Of a stretch of 64,000 nt of DNA, positions 10,638 to 19,644 are shown in pieces. The position numbers and the translations under genes were made by a program. The first letter of the stretch is position 1. Every line of letters begins with the position of its first letter. Source of the DNA: an uncultured Gemmataceae bacterium (GTDB taxonomy: Bacteria > Planctomycetota > Planctomycetia > Gemmatales > Gemmataceae). Under the pieces are notes generated by a model. It made no database searches. It was not told where the DNA came from and worked only from the letters and a program-made list of their open reading frames with translations. Location of the stretch: NCBI GenBank assembly GCA_963750165.1, contig CAVVPN010000004.1, positions 480,001 through 544,000 on the forward strand, read 5' to 3'.

Positions 10638-11114
10638 ATGGCACGACGTGATGCTCTGCTTCGCCTGCACAGATCCCTCATGGCGCGCCGCGACGAACTG
10701 CGTAAGCGTCTGGGTGGAGAAATCAAAGACCTACGCAATCAGCAGCACGACAACAACTCCGGCGACAGCGCCGACCTGGCGTTCGACACCGCCGGTGAGG
10801 AGGTTGCTTCGCACCTGGCTGAACTGGAATCGCGCGAGTTGGCCCAGATTGAACGGGCTTTATTTAAGCTCCGGCACGGCAGTTATGGCGTCTGCGAGGG
10901 CTGCGAGAAGCGCATCCCGGTGGCCCGGCTGAACGCCCTGCCGTTCAGTACCACCTGCATCCAGTGCCAGCGCGAAATGGAGCGGACGGGCAGTTTCGGC
11001 GACGGCCGCACCGGCGGCAACTGGGAGAAGGTCCACGACGCCGAGAGTCCGATGGAAGATCAGCGCGACATCGACCTGTCCGAGATCGAGATGGACCTGT
11101 CCGGCAACCGCTGA
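10638..11114 (+). CDS. TraR/DksA C4-type zinc finger protein
   Basis: DSAD coiled-coil tip; YGVCEGC...RLNALP...CIQC. Confidence 0.92.
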   Translation: MARRDALLRLHRSLMARRDELRKRLGGEIKDLRNQQHDNNSGDSADLAFDTAGEEVASHLAELESRELAQIERALFKLRHGSYGVCEGCEKRIPVARLNALPFSTTCIQCQREMERTGSFGDGRTGGNWEKVHDAESPMEDQRDIDLSEIEMDLSGNR

Positions 11115-11125
11115 CCCATTCACCC

Positions 11126-11170
11126 ACGCAAAAAGCCCGCGTCCTGGCGACTGCGGGCTTTTTGCGTTTT
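11126..11170 (+). terminator. Intrinsic terminator (possibly bidirectional)
   Basis: aaaaagcccgc ... gcgggcttttt. Confidence 0.85.
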
Positions 11171-11313
11171 CTGCGGTCCCCTTCCCGCCATTTCCTGTGC
11201 GAATCGGTGCCATTTCCTGAGCGCGTGTGCCGGCCGCCGCCTAAAATTGGGACGCGCCCTTCTCCGCCCGCGCATCTCTCGTCCGAACCTCCATCCGGCT
11301 CCGGAGCGATTTT

Positions 11314-12504
11314 ATGTTCAAACGTGCGCTGTTCGTGCTGTTCCTTGGCGCCTGCGCCACCGTCGGCGGCTCCCTGGTGGCGACCCTTGGTCCCCGACTC
11401 GTCATCCCCGCCGGCGCCCAGGTGCCGGCCACCCCGGCCGTTGTGCCTGTGCCGAGCCCCCAGCCGGCCCCCGCCGAGTTGACCGCCCTCAGCGACCGAT
11501 TCGAGGCGATCACCCGCAAGGTGCTGCCCGCCGTTGTGGCAGTGGAAGCCCGCCGCGTCACCAAGTCGTCTTTCCAGGGCGGCAAGGATCGCGTGGTCGA
11601 TGAATCCGGCTCCGGCGTGCTCGTCAAGCTGGCCGGCTGGACGGGCACCCTGGTGCTGACCAATAACCACGTTGTCACGGGAGCGCGGCCGGACCAGATC
11701 ACGGTTCACCTGGCGGACGGCCGGGTGCTGATCCCCGCCAAGGTGTGGACGGACCCGGAATCGGACGTGGCGGTGCTCGGCCTGAACCCGCCGGGGGCGG
11801 TGCCGGTGGCGTCGCTGGGCGACAGCGACCAGATGCGCGTCGGCCAATGGGTGCTGGCGATGGGCAGTCCGTTTGGCCTGAACCAGACGGTGACGCACGG
11901 CATCCTCAGCGCCCGCGAGCGCGGCCAGGTGAGCCTGGGCAGCGGCATCCGCATCAAGGACTTTTTGCAGACCGACGCGGCCATCAACCCCGGCAGCAGC
12001 GGCGGCCCGCTCGTGAGCCTGAAGGGCGAGGTGATCGGCATCAACACAGCCATCGCGTCGCTGAGCGGCAGCAACAGCGGCGTGGGCTTCAGCATCCCCA
12101 TCAACCAGGTGCAGCGGGTGGCCAAGTACCTGCTGGAGCGCGGCAGCGTGCCGCGCGGCTACCTGGGGATGCAGCTGGCGGCAGCGTTCGAGCCGACGGA
12201 CGCGCTGCGGCTGGGCATGGACAAGGTGCGCGGCGCCTGGGTGGAGCGCGTGTACGCGAACACGCCGGCCGCCGCCGCGGGGCTGCGCGACAATGACGTG
12301 GTGTTGCAGGTCGAGAACGTCGCCATCCGCAGTGACACGCACCTGATTAACCTGATTAGCACGTTGACCGCCGGGCAGCGGGTGCAGTTACAGGTGTGGC
12401 GCGCGGGCAAGCAGCTCACGCTGGAGGCGCAAGTCGGCGACTGGTCCCGGGACAGAGTGCGGTTCGGCGCGCTGAGGAGAGAGGGCGCGGCAGCGTATCG
12501 GTGA
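11314..12504 (+). CDS. HtrA/DegP-family serine protease with one PDZ domain
   Basis: TNNHVV, SDVAVL, QTDAAINPGSSGGPL, C-terminal PDZ, signal peptide. Confidence 0.93.
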   Translation: MFKRALFVLFLGACATVGGSLVATLGPRLVIPAGAQVPATPAVVPVPSPQPAPAELTALSDRFEAITRKVLPAVVAVEARRVTKSSFQGGKDRVVDESGSGVLVKLAGWTGTLVLTNNHVVTGARPDQITVHLADGRVLIPAKVWTDPESDVAVLGLNPPGAVPVASLGDSDQMRVGQWVLAMGSPFGLNQTVTHGILSARERGQVSLGSGIRIKDFLQTDAAINPGSSGGPLVSLKGEVIGINTAIASLSGSNSGVGFSIPINQVQRVAKYLLERGSVPRGYLGMQLAAAFEPTDALRLGMDKVRGAWVERVYANTPAAAAGLRDNDVVLQVENVAIRSDTHLINLISTLTAGQRVQLQVWRAGKQLTLEAQVGDWSRDRVRFGALRREGAAAYR

Positions 12505-12534
12505 CCGCCCGGCGGTGTTCACCGCCGGGCGGTC
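12503..12534. terminator. GC-rich hairpin between convergent genes
   Basis: gaccgcccggcggtg / caccgccgggcggtc. Confidence 0.6.
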
Positions 12535-12563
12535 GTTGTCATTTCGTCCGCCGAAAGAGGGCG

Positions 12564-12704
12564 TTAATCCTCTTCTTTCTTGTTGCGGATCATGAAGAAC
12601 ACGATGACCAGGGCGACGAGGATGACGCCGCCGATGATGAAGAACAACGGGGAGCCGATAAAGTCCTCTTGCGCGAACAACAGCGAGCCGATCGAGTGAT
12701 GCAC
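12564..12704 (-). CDS. 46-aa single-TM small protein
   Basis: GAAAGGAAG RBS, GTG start, hydrophobic helix, RNKKEED tail. Confidence 0.7.
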   Translation of the reverse strand: MHHSIGSLLFAQEDFIGSPLFFIIGGVILVALVIVFFMIRNKKEED

Positions 12705-12992
12705 AGCAGAACTTCCTTTCTTGGCGACTACCACGGGGGGGACCGGAATGACATTGCACCTGCTCACGGACCACGGTGCGAGTTTCTCTCAGAATGCGCC
12801 GACGCGCGTGAGCGGTTTGGATGAGTGTTCTACACCGAGTCGGGCCGCGTTGCAAGCGCCTGCTGATGAAAATTTGGATTTCCGACGGCGGGTCTGGCGC
12901 AGTGTTCGGCCGGCGGTGTCTTTTCGGTCGCGGTTGCATTTCCATTTTTCCCGAACCCGCGCGCAAGTTTCCTCGCCGCCGGCGTTCACCCG

Positions 12993-13118
12993 GTAAGCAC
13001 GCGACGCCCAGCGTCCTCCTGCACGGCCCCGGCGACAGCCCCGGCCGACTCCCACTGGCACCAACTCTTCCCCAAGAGTGAAGACGCCCGGCGGCGTTCG
13101 CCGGGCGTTCTTCTTTTC
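12993..13118 (+). ncRNA. Putative sRNA 1 (5' end approximate)
   Basis: GCAA-N16-CGTT promoter-like motif upstream; CTCTT-CCCC-AAGAG hairpin; terminator with U tract. Confidence 0.5.
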
Positions 13119-13194
13119 CCGGCCCGTCGCCAGGCTCCGCCGAAAAAAATTCCGACAAGCACGCGCAAGTTTGCCGCGGTGGCGCGTTCCTCGT

Positions 13195-13435
13195 GCGAGC
13201 CCAGGAACAGCATTGAGGACTTTCCTTCGGGATGGCCGGACACGCGGTTCAGGCGCGGCGGCGTCGGCTGGTGGGATTCACCACGCGGGTGTGGTGTATG
13301 GCCCTGCCTCGGACGCCATCTTACCGCCGGAGTCGCCGCGCCTGAACCGCGTGCTCTGGCTACCCCGTTCCAGCAGGCACCAACTCTTCCCCAAGAGAAG
13401 ACGCCCGGCGGCGGTCGCCGGGCGTCCTTTTTTTC
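13195..13435 (+). ncRNA. Putative sRNA 2, paralog with an internal ~125-nt hairpin (5' end approximate)
   Basis: Same promoter motif and same ~60-nt 3' module as sRNA 1. Confidence 0.5.
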
Positions 13436-13463
13436 ATGCAGAGACGGTGAGCGGAAGCGGGAC

Positions 13464-13667
13464 TTACGAGTTCAGGTTGAAAACGTCCTCGCACTTGAAG
13501 TCGTGCAGATCGTAAGCGGGGCTGAAGTACACCCCCGCGCCGGCGAACGCCACCGTCGGCTCATCCACCGCGATCTTTCGGCCGTCCCGCAATTCCACGA
13601 CGAACGGAAGAAACGGCTCGCGCTGCAAGAAACTCCGCAGCGTTTGCTGAAACAGTTCCTGCTTCAT
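13464..13667 (-). CDS. Small hypothetical protein
   Basis: GGAGG RBS; REPFLPFVVELRDG pattern typical of small planctomycete proteins; downstream of surE. Confidence 0.7.
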   Translation of the reverse strand: MKQELFQQTLRSFLQREPFLPFVVELRDGRKIAVDEPTVAFAGAGVYFSPAYDLHDFKCEDVFNLNS

Positions 13668-13691
13668 GGCGCCTCCGCGAAAACATCCCCC

Positions 13692-14459
13692 TCACAGCTC
13701 CCACTTCCACGGCTTCATCTTCTCCAGCAGCGCCGCGTGGGTCAAGTTAAACTGCAGCGGCGTAACGGTGATGAAGCCCTCGCCCAGGGCGGTGACGTCG
13801 GTGTCGGGGTGCGGCTCGGGGCAGGTGAAGTCGGGATTGCTCCAGAAGTAGACGCGCCCGCGCGGGTCGGTACGGCGGTCGAACGTCTCCAGGTACGGCG
13901 CCACGTTCTGCGGCACCGTGCGGATGCCGCGGATTGGTCCCTTCTCGAAGCTCGGGATGTTGACATTGAACAAACTGCCGGTTGGCGGCGCCTGAGCGAC
14001 GATCTGCTCGACGACACGGCGGGCCAGTTCGGCGGCGCGCGGGAAGTCGAGCGGCTTGGGTTTGCTGTACTCCAGCGACACGGCGATGCTGGTGCGCTGG
14101 AAGAACGCGCCCTCGATGGCCGCGGCCACGGTGCCGGAGTAGAGCACGTTGATGCCCGCGTTGGAGCCGGCGTTCAGGCCACTGACGATCAGGTCCGGCG
14201 GCTCCGGCAGCAGTTCCATCAGCGCCAGCTTGACGCAGTCGGCCGGCCGGCCCTCGACCGCCCAGCCCATCGGCTGATTCTGCTCGTCGAGCACCTCCTG
14301 CACCAGCAGCGGCGTCAGCAGCGTGATCGAGTGGCCGACGGCGCTCTGCTCGCCCGCCGGCGCCACCACGGTCACCTGGCCCAGCTTCTTCAACTCGGCC
14401 CGCAGCGCCCGCAGGCCAGGGGCGTAAACGCCATCGTCGTTCGTCAGCAGAATCCGCAT
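13692..14459 (-). CDS. surE: 5'/3'-nucleotidase SurE
   Basis: MRILLTNDDG, SGLNAGSN, YSGTVAAA, VTPL. Confidence 0.97.
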   Translation of the reverse strand: MRILLTNDDGVYAPGLRALRAELKKLGQVTVVAPAGEQSAVGHSITLLTPLLVQEVLDEQNQPMGWAVEGRPADCVKLALMELLPEPPDLIVSGLNAGSNAGINVLYSGTVAAAIEGAFFQRTSIAVSLEYSKPKPLDFPRAAELARRVVEQIVAQAPPTGSLFNVNIPSFEKGPIRGIRTVPQNVAPYLETFDRRTDPRGRVYFWSNPDFTCPEPHPDTDVTALGEGFITVTPLQFNLTHAALLEKMKPWKWEL

Positions 14460-14478
14460 GAACAACTCCAACAAAGTT

Positions 14479-14553
14479 ATCCACAGATGACACAGATAAC
14501 ACAGATGAAAACCAGCTCTGTTTTCATCTGCGTTATCTGTGTCATCTGTGGAT
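14479..14553. repeat. CACAGAT-periodic palindrome
   Basis: atccacagatgacacagataac / gttatctgtgtcatctgtggat; same family at 34529-34609. Confidence 0.85.
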
Positions 14554-15908
14554 TTACTCCTGGGTGAATTTTTTCTTCCGCAACAGGTGATGATAATGTT
14601 GCGCGAAGCGATGGGCCTCGTCGCGCACCGACTGCAGCAGCCGCAGCGCCGCCGCGTGCCGGCTCAGCCGCAGCGGCTCCGTCTCGCCGGGTCGGAACAC
14701 TTCCTCCTCGCGCTTGGCCAGCGATAGCAGCACCGGCGGCTCGACGCCCAGGATGCGGAAGGCGTCCAGCGCCGCGTTGAGCTGGCCCTTGCCGCCATCG
14801 ATCAGCAGCACGTCCGGGAAGACCTGCTCCTCCTGTGTCAGCCGCTTGAAGCGCCGCGTCACCACCTCGCGGATGGACGCGAAATCGTCGATGCCCTGCA
14901 CCGACTTGATGCGGTAACGGCGGTAGCCCGGCTTGAACGGCAGGCCGTCGATGAACGACACCAGCGACGCCACCATCTCGTCGCCGCCGAGGTGGGCCAC
15001 ATCGATGCCCTCGATGGTCCGCGGCGTCTGCGCAGGCCGAGCACCTTGCGCAGGCCCGCCAACCCCTTCTTCGGGTCGATGCGGAACACCTCCGGCTGCA
15101 CATCGCGGTCCACATCGCCGCGCAGCGACAGCTTCTGCAGGGCCGCGATCTCGTCGCGCAGCCGGGCCGCCTTCTCGAACTGCATGGCGGCGCTGGCCTC
15201 CAGCATCTGCTGCTCCAGCTCGCGGAACAGCCGGTCCTTCTTGCCCTCCAGCACCAGCCGCAGCGACCGGATCTGGCGGCGGTACTCCTCCCGACTGACG
15301 CGGAAGTTGCACGGCGCTGTACACTGGCGGATGCTGTGCAGGATGCACGGCCGGAACCAGCGCCAGCGCGGGTCCTCCTCGCGGATGTCCAGCGAACAGG
15401 TGCGGAACTGAAAGATGCGCTGCAGCACCTGAATGACGGCCCGCAAACTTTTGGCGCTGGTGAACGGCCCGTAAAGCTTGACGCCACGGCGCCGCGGCGT
15501 GCGCGTGAACTCGACGCGCGGGAACTGTTCACGAGTGCGAATCTGTAAATATGGGAATGATTTGTCGTCCTTGAGCAGCATGTTGAAGCGCGGTTGCGTG
15601 TCCTTGACAAGGCGCGCCTCCAGCAAGAGGGCGTCCACCTCGGTGGGCGCTTCAAGGAAGTCGATGTCGGCGATGACCTTGACGAGGTCGGCGGTGCGCT
15701 GGTCCTCGGTGGCGGCTTTCGTGAAGTAATGGCCGGCGCGGTTGCGGAGGTTCTTGGCCTTGCCGACGTAGACGACGCGGCCCTGCTCGTCCTTCATGAG
15801 ATAGACGCCGGGGCCGGTCGGGAACTGCTTGACCTTGTCCGCGGGGCTGAGCTTGTCGGCGACGGGCGGGGTGGCCTCCGGCGGAATGGGGGGCTCGGCG
15901 CTGGACAT
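14554..15908 (-). CDS. uvrC: Excinuclease ABC subunit C (short form), single-base frameshift near 15030
   Basis: GIY-YIG (GVYLMKD..YVGKAKNL), Cys-rich region, UVR domain, RNase H-like IEGID..DGGKGQL..RDEAHRFA. Confidence 0.93.
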
Positions 15909-16026
15909 GGGACACCTTTCCTGCGGGCGGTCACTCGTCGGCGGGCCAGGGCGCAGGCGGCCGGTCGTCGGTCGGGCGCAGGTTGGGGCGCGGCTTCGGC
16001 GTGCCGGACCGGCACGAGGTCGGCCC

Positions 16027-16119
16027 TCAGCCGCGGTCGCCGCTGTAGCGGATCGCCAGCCAGGCCGCCACGACGGTCAGGCTGCCCACCAGCCAGGGGC
16101 CGAACGTTTCCCAGAGCAT
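16027..16119 (-). CDS. 30-aa hydrophobic small protein (MLWETFGPWLVGSLTVVAAWLAIRYSGDRG)
   Basis: GAGGTG RBS, ATG, GC3-biased codons; below the ORF-track cutoff. Confidence 0.55.
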   Translation of the reverse strand: MLWETFGPWLVGSLTVVAAWLAIRYSGDRG

Positions 16120-16252
16120 AAGCGCACCTCGGCGGACCGATGTTCACTACCCGTTATCGTAGCGGTTGTGGCGCGGTAAAGGCAAGGACGCGGCCGGTTG
16201 ACATGGGTATGTCAACCGGCCGCGTCCGCTCCGTTCCCCGGTCGCTCCTCCA

Positions 16253-17803
16253 TTAACCCAGGTCGCAGCCACCGCCGTGTCGCTGGAGTTGGGCGAGCTG
16301 TTCAAAGAAGGTATCGATGGACTGCAGCGTCGCCCCGCCCTGGTCGCTGCTGCCCTGGTAGAAGGTGTGGGTGTCTCGGAAGAACGCGAGTTCGGCGACT
16401 GCCAGGTCGCCGATGGCCGTGTTCAAGGTCTGGCTGTCCAGCCGCAGCGTGGACGACGGCGCGCGGCTCGTGACATCGCTGATGACGGTCAGCACGTCGA
16501 GCTGGACCACGTCGAGATCTGCCTGCACCGCCTGCGCCGGGGCGGAACCTATCGGGGTGCCGGCGGCCACGGCCGTCAGCGAACCGAACAGGCCGTGGCT
16601 CTCGTGGTCGAGCCCGGCGGTGAAGTACACGGTCTGGCTGTCGCCGCCGTTGCCGCCGTTGCCCACCTTCAGCCCCCACAGCCCGTCGATCTGCAGGGGG
16701 TGGCCGCTGGGGTCCGTCAACTGCCCCATCGGGGCGCCCGTGGTGGCGTTGTAGGCGTTGATGTGCCCGTCGCCGAAGTTGCCCACGAGCAGCGTGCCGG
16801 CGAGACTGCCGAAGCTCGACGGCGCGATGGCCAGTCCCCACGGCGAATCGAGCGCGCCGCCCGAGACCAGGCGCTGCCCCCCCGATCCGTCCAGGTTGTA
16901 CACGTCCACGAAGCCGCGGCCCGGCCCGGCCGCGTCGTCGTGTTTGGCGGCATCCTGCTTGGCGTAGGTGACATAGACCTTGCCGTTCAGGACTTGAACG
17001 TTGAAGGGGGCGTAGCCGTGGGGGAGGTTCGGGTCGGTGAACGCGCCGCTGGGCAGCGTGACCTTGGTAAAGTTCGGGTCGTACACCTCGATCTTGCCGG
17101 AGCGGAAGTTGGAGACGTACAGCACGGTCGTACTGCTGGGGTCGGCCGCGAAGATCGGCGTGGCGTTGCTGGCGATGCTCAGGCCCTTGTAGACTGCGCC
17201 CGTTTGCCGGTCGGGATTCGGCTGGGTGAAGTTGTTGCCCGAGTTGTCCACGGCGATGATGCCGTAGGTGCCGGCATTGGCCGGGTTGAACCCCTGCGGG
17301 TTCACGCCGGGGTTCCAGCCGACGATGGTGCCGTCCTCGGTGGCGAACAGGAAGACCGACGCGGCCGAGGTCGGGGCCGGGGCTCCCGTCGTCGGGTTGG
17401 TGAATCCGGAAACCTTGAACCCGCCCATCGCGCCGCCGTCGATGTTGAAGACGGTGCCGCTGGGGGTGCCGCTGGACCCGAACGGGTCGCCGGGCGTCGG
17501 GATGCTGACGACCAGGCTGCTGATCGATAGCGCGATCGGCGGCGTCTGGCCCGGGTTGGCGCTGTAGAGCGTGGACTTGCCCGAGCCGTTATCGGAGAGC
17601 CAGAACGGGCTGCCGCCGCTTTCAGAGATGCCCCAGGGATTTACCAGGTTGGGGTCCTGAAGTTGGGCCACGCCGGGCAGATCGGACACCAAATTCGTTT
17701 GCAGCACGTTGGCGTCCAGCAGGCTGCGCGCTTCCAGCAACTCCAGGGCCGGGCAGAACGACGGGGCGGGGCGGCGGCGCAGGCGCACCGGCGCTTGAAC
17801 CAT
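16253..17803 (-). CDS. TIGR03118-family extracellular protein with LEPR-XLL-type N-terminus
   Basis: PALELLEARSLL, QTNLVSD, LVNPWG, FLFATEDGTI, YAPFNVQ, LLVGNFGDG, IDGLWGL. Confidence 0.88.
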   Translation of the reverse strand: MVQAPVRLRRRPAPSFCPALELLEARSLLDANVLQTNLVSDLPGVAQLQDPNLVNPWGISESGGSPFWLSDNGSGKSTLYSANPGQTPPIALSISSLVVSIPTPGDPFGSSGTPSGTVFNIDGGAMGGFKVSGFTNPTTGAPAPTSAASVFLFATEDGTIVGWNPGVNPQGFNPANAGTYGIIAVDNSGNNFTQPNPDRQTGAVYKGLSIASNATPIFAADPSSTTVLYVSNFRSGKIEVYDPNFTKVTLPSGAFTDPNLPHGYAPFNVQVLNGKVYVTYAKQDAAKHDDAAGPGRGFVDVYNLDGSGGQRLVSGGALDSPWGLAIAPSSFGSLAGTLLVGNFGDGHINAYNATTGAPMGQLTDPSGHPLQIDGLWGLKVGNGGNGGDSQTVYFTAGLDHESHGLFGSLTAVAAGTPIGSAPAQAVQADLDVVQLDVLTVISDVTSRAPSSTLRLDSQTLNTAIGDLAVAELAFFRDTHTFYQGSSDQGGATLQSIDTFFEQLAQLQRHGGGCDLG

Positions 17804-18024
17804 TTCATCATCGGTCTCTCCTTGAAACGGGGTCATGAGTGGCCCACGACAGAGGGCTGCCCGGGGCGCGCGGGCTCCCAGGGCTGCGGGAGTTCGCCGC
17901 CGGTCAACACCGTCCTTGTGGGCAGAAAGAGTTCCTACACCGCCACGGTGTAGAAAAGGGGCCGTACACAACGAGGAAGGAAAAGGTCAACGCGCATGAG
18001 CCGCAATGGCACGCTGCGTCGGTC

Positions 18025-18957
18025 TTAATGGCACTTGCTTCCACCCGAAAAGGGAGGCGTCCAGCCCGCCGGCGCGGTCAAGGAGGGCCAGCCGGCTCCC
18101 CAGACGTGGTACGCGAGCAGGGCGCTGGCCAGCAGGGCCAGGAGGGCGGCCAACCCGAAGCCCCACGCCCGGCGCGTCCAGGTTCTCTGGGCGAGCGCCC
18201 GCAGGATTTCGTCCGCCACTTCCGCGACGGGGGCGGAGACGGCCGCGGCGCCGTCCGCCGCATAACGGACCGCGGCCCGGGTGGTGGCCTCTGCCAGTCG
18301 GCCCGGCAGGGCCGGCCGCGCGAAGAACAGCAGGGCGGGCAAGCCGCAGGCCAGGGTTAGCCCGCGGTGCGCCAGACGCTTCCGGAGGAGGCCCCGGGCC
18401 CGGTCCAGCCGCCAGGCCATCGACCCCCGTGGGCAACCGACGATGCCGGCGGCCTCCTCGTGCGTCCGGCCTTCGAGGTAACAGAGCACTAACAGAATCC
18501 GATACCGCTCCGGGAGTTGGTTCAGCTCCTCGTTGAGGATCGCCAGAACTTCCCGGTTGTCTTGCTCGTCTCTGGCCTCGAGGTTTGGCATACTCGCGAC
18601 CTGTTGTTCTCGTGCTTTGCGGCTCGCCGCCCGGCCCCGAACGCGCAGAGCCGCCCGGTGCGCCACCCCGTAAAGCCAGTTCCCAAGTAGCTCGGGCCGG
18701 TCGAGCGATCCGGCCTTGCGGGCGAGGACGAGGAACGTGATCTGGAAGGCGTCCTCAGCGTCGTTCAGATCGCCGAGCACCCGGCGGCACACGCCGAGGA
18801 CCATCGGGCCGTGCCGCGCCACCAGGGCCCCGAAGGCGTCCTCGTCCCGGCTCGCGGTGAAGCGTTGCAGGAGTTCGCAGTCGCCCGGCTCCTCGCCCGC
18901 TGCCCGGCAATCTGCCCGGCGCGGCTTCCCGATTGAGCGATGGGTTCCGTTCATCAT
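18025..18957 (-). CDS. ECF sigma factor with C-terminal TM extension (planctomycete-expanded type)
   Basis: DxELLxRF...RHGPMVLGVCRRVL..DAEDAFQ; region 4 LCYLEGRTHEEAA. Confidence 0.9.
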   Translation of the reverse strand: MMNGTHRSIGKPRRADCRAAGEEPGDCELLQRFTASRDEDAFGALVARHGPMVLGVCRRVLGDLNDAEDAFQITFLVLARKAGSLDRPELLGNWLYGVAHRAALRVRGRAASRKAREQQVASMPNLEARDEQDNREVLAILNEELNQLPERYRILLVLCYLEGRTHEEAAGIVGCPRGSMAWRLDRARGLLRKRLAHRGLTLACGLPALLFFARPALPGRLAEATTRAAVRYAADGAAAVSAPVAEVADEILRALAQRTWTRRAWGFGLAALLALLASALLAYHVWGAGWPSLTAPAGWTPPFSGGSKCH

Positions 18958-19056
18958 GTTCCAGCCTCCGAACTTGTCCCAACCCTCGCCCTAATACTCC
19001 CGCGCCAGGGCCGCCCAACTAAGGTTTTTTTCCAGGACGGCAACGCTGGCTGGACA

Positions 19057-19323
19057 GTGACGCGCCAGCACATCTATACAAGGAATCGCCGCGAGCATCA
19101 ACAGGTGCAGGCATTCCGGGCCGCCGTCAAGCGTCACTACAGCGCGGAGCCCGACAAGGTGGCTTGCAACGACCTCATCACTTCGGAGCAGAACCTGGTC
19201 ACGGTCGTGGGCGCTTACCTCACCGTGCGCGGGCTGCAGTGGCAGGCGGTCGTGGACATGGCCGGCCTGCTGCAAACCGATGAGCTGTTCCAGGGAGCGG
19301 AGCGCTTCCAGAAGGCTGAGTGA
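19057..19323 (+). pseudogene. Remnant resembling the C-terminus of a TolC-family outer membrane efflux protein
   Basis: DLITSEQNLV..YL....QWQAVVDMAGLLQTD resembles OEP C-termini; no plausible 5' part. Confidence 0.45.
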
Positions 19324-19380
19324 GGGCTATGGGATCGCAATGGAATTTGGAAGGTGTAACGGCAACAAGTCGCATCGTAG

Positions 19381-19451
19381 TTCGGGGAGAAGGAGTCGAA
19401 CCTTCACGCGCAGATTCAAAGTCTGCGAGCCTACCATTAGCCGATCCCCGA
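19381..19451 (-). tRNA. tRNA-Gln(UUG), no encoded CCA
   Basis: Full cloverleaf: TCGGGGA/TCCCCGA, GCAGA-CTTTGAA-TCTGC, GAAGG-TTCGACT-CCTTC; discriminator A. Confidence 0.93.
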
Positions 19452-19464
19452 ATTGTTGTTCCAG

Positions 19465-19536
19465 CTGCGGTGGTAGGAGTCGAACCTACACTCATCTCCT
19501 TAACAGGGAGCCGCCTTACCGTTAGGCCACACCGCA
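19465..19536 (-). tRNA. tRNA-Asn(GUU), no encoded CCA
   Basis: TGCGGTG/CACCGCA, D-stem GCCT/AGGC, loop CTGTTAA, GTAGG-TTCGACT-CCTAC; G27.A43 mismatch. Confidence 0.93.
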
Positions 19537-19571
19537 ATAGCTATAGCACATCAGCGAACCAACCGCGAAGT

Positions 19572-19613
19572 AATAAAAAGAGCCAGGCGTCTGGGGTCGA
19601 TGACGCCTGGCTC
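19572..19613 (-). terminator. Intrinsic terminator upstream of the tRNA pair (attenuator candidate)
   Basis: Minus strand GAGCCAGGCGTC-atcgacccca-GACGCCTGGCTC-TTTTTATT. Confidence 0.85.
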
Positions 19614-19644
19614 CGGGAAACACTTCCGGGGGAAGGAAGTGGGG

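Noticed and set aside
13235..13360. Retron msr/msd or 6S RNA
   Set aside because: No reverse transcriptase in the window, and no 6S-like central bubble could be identified
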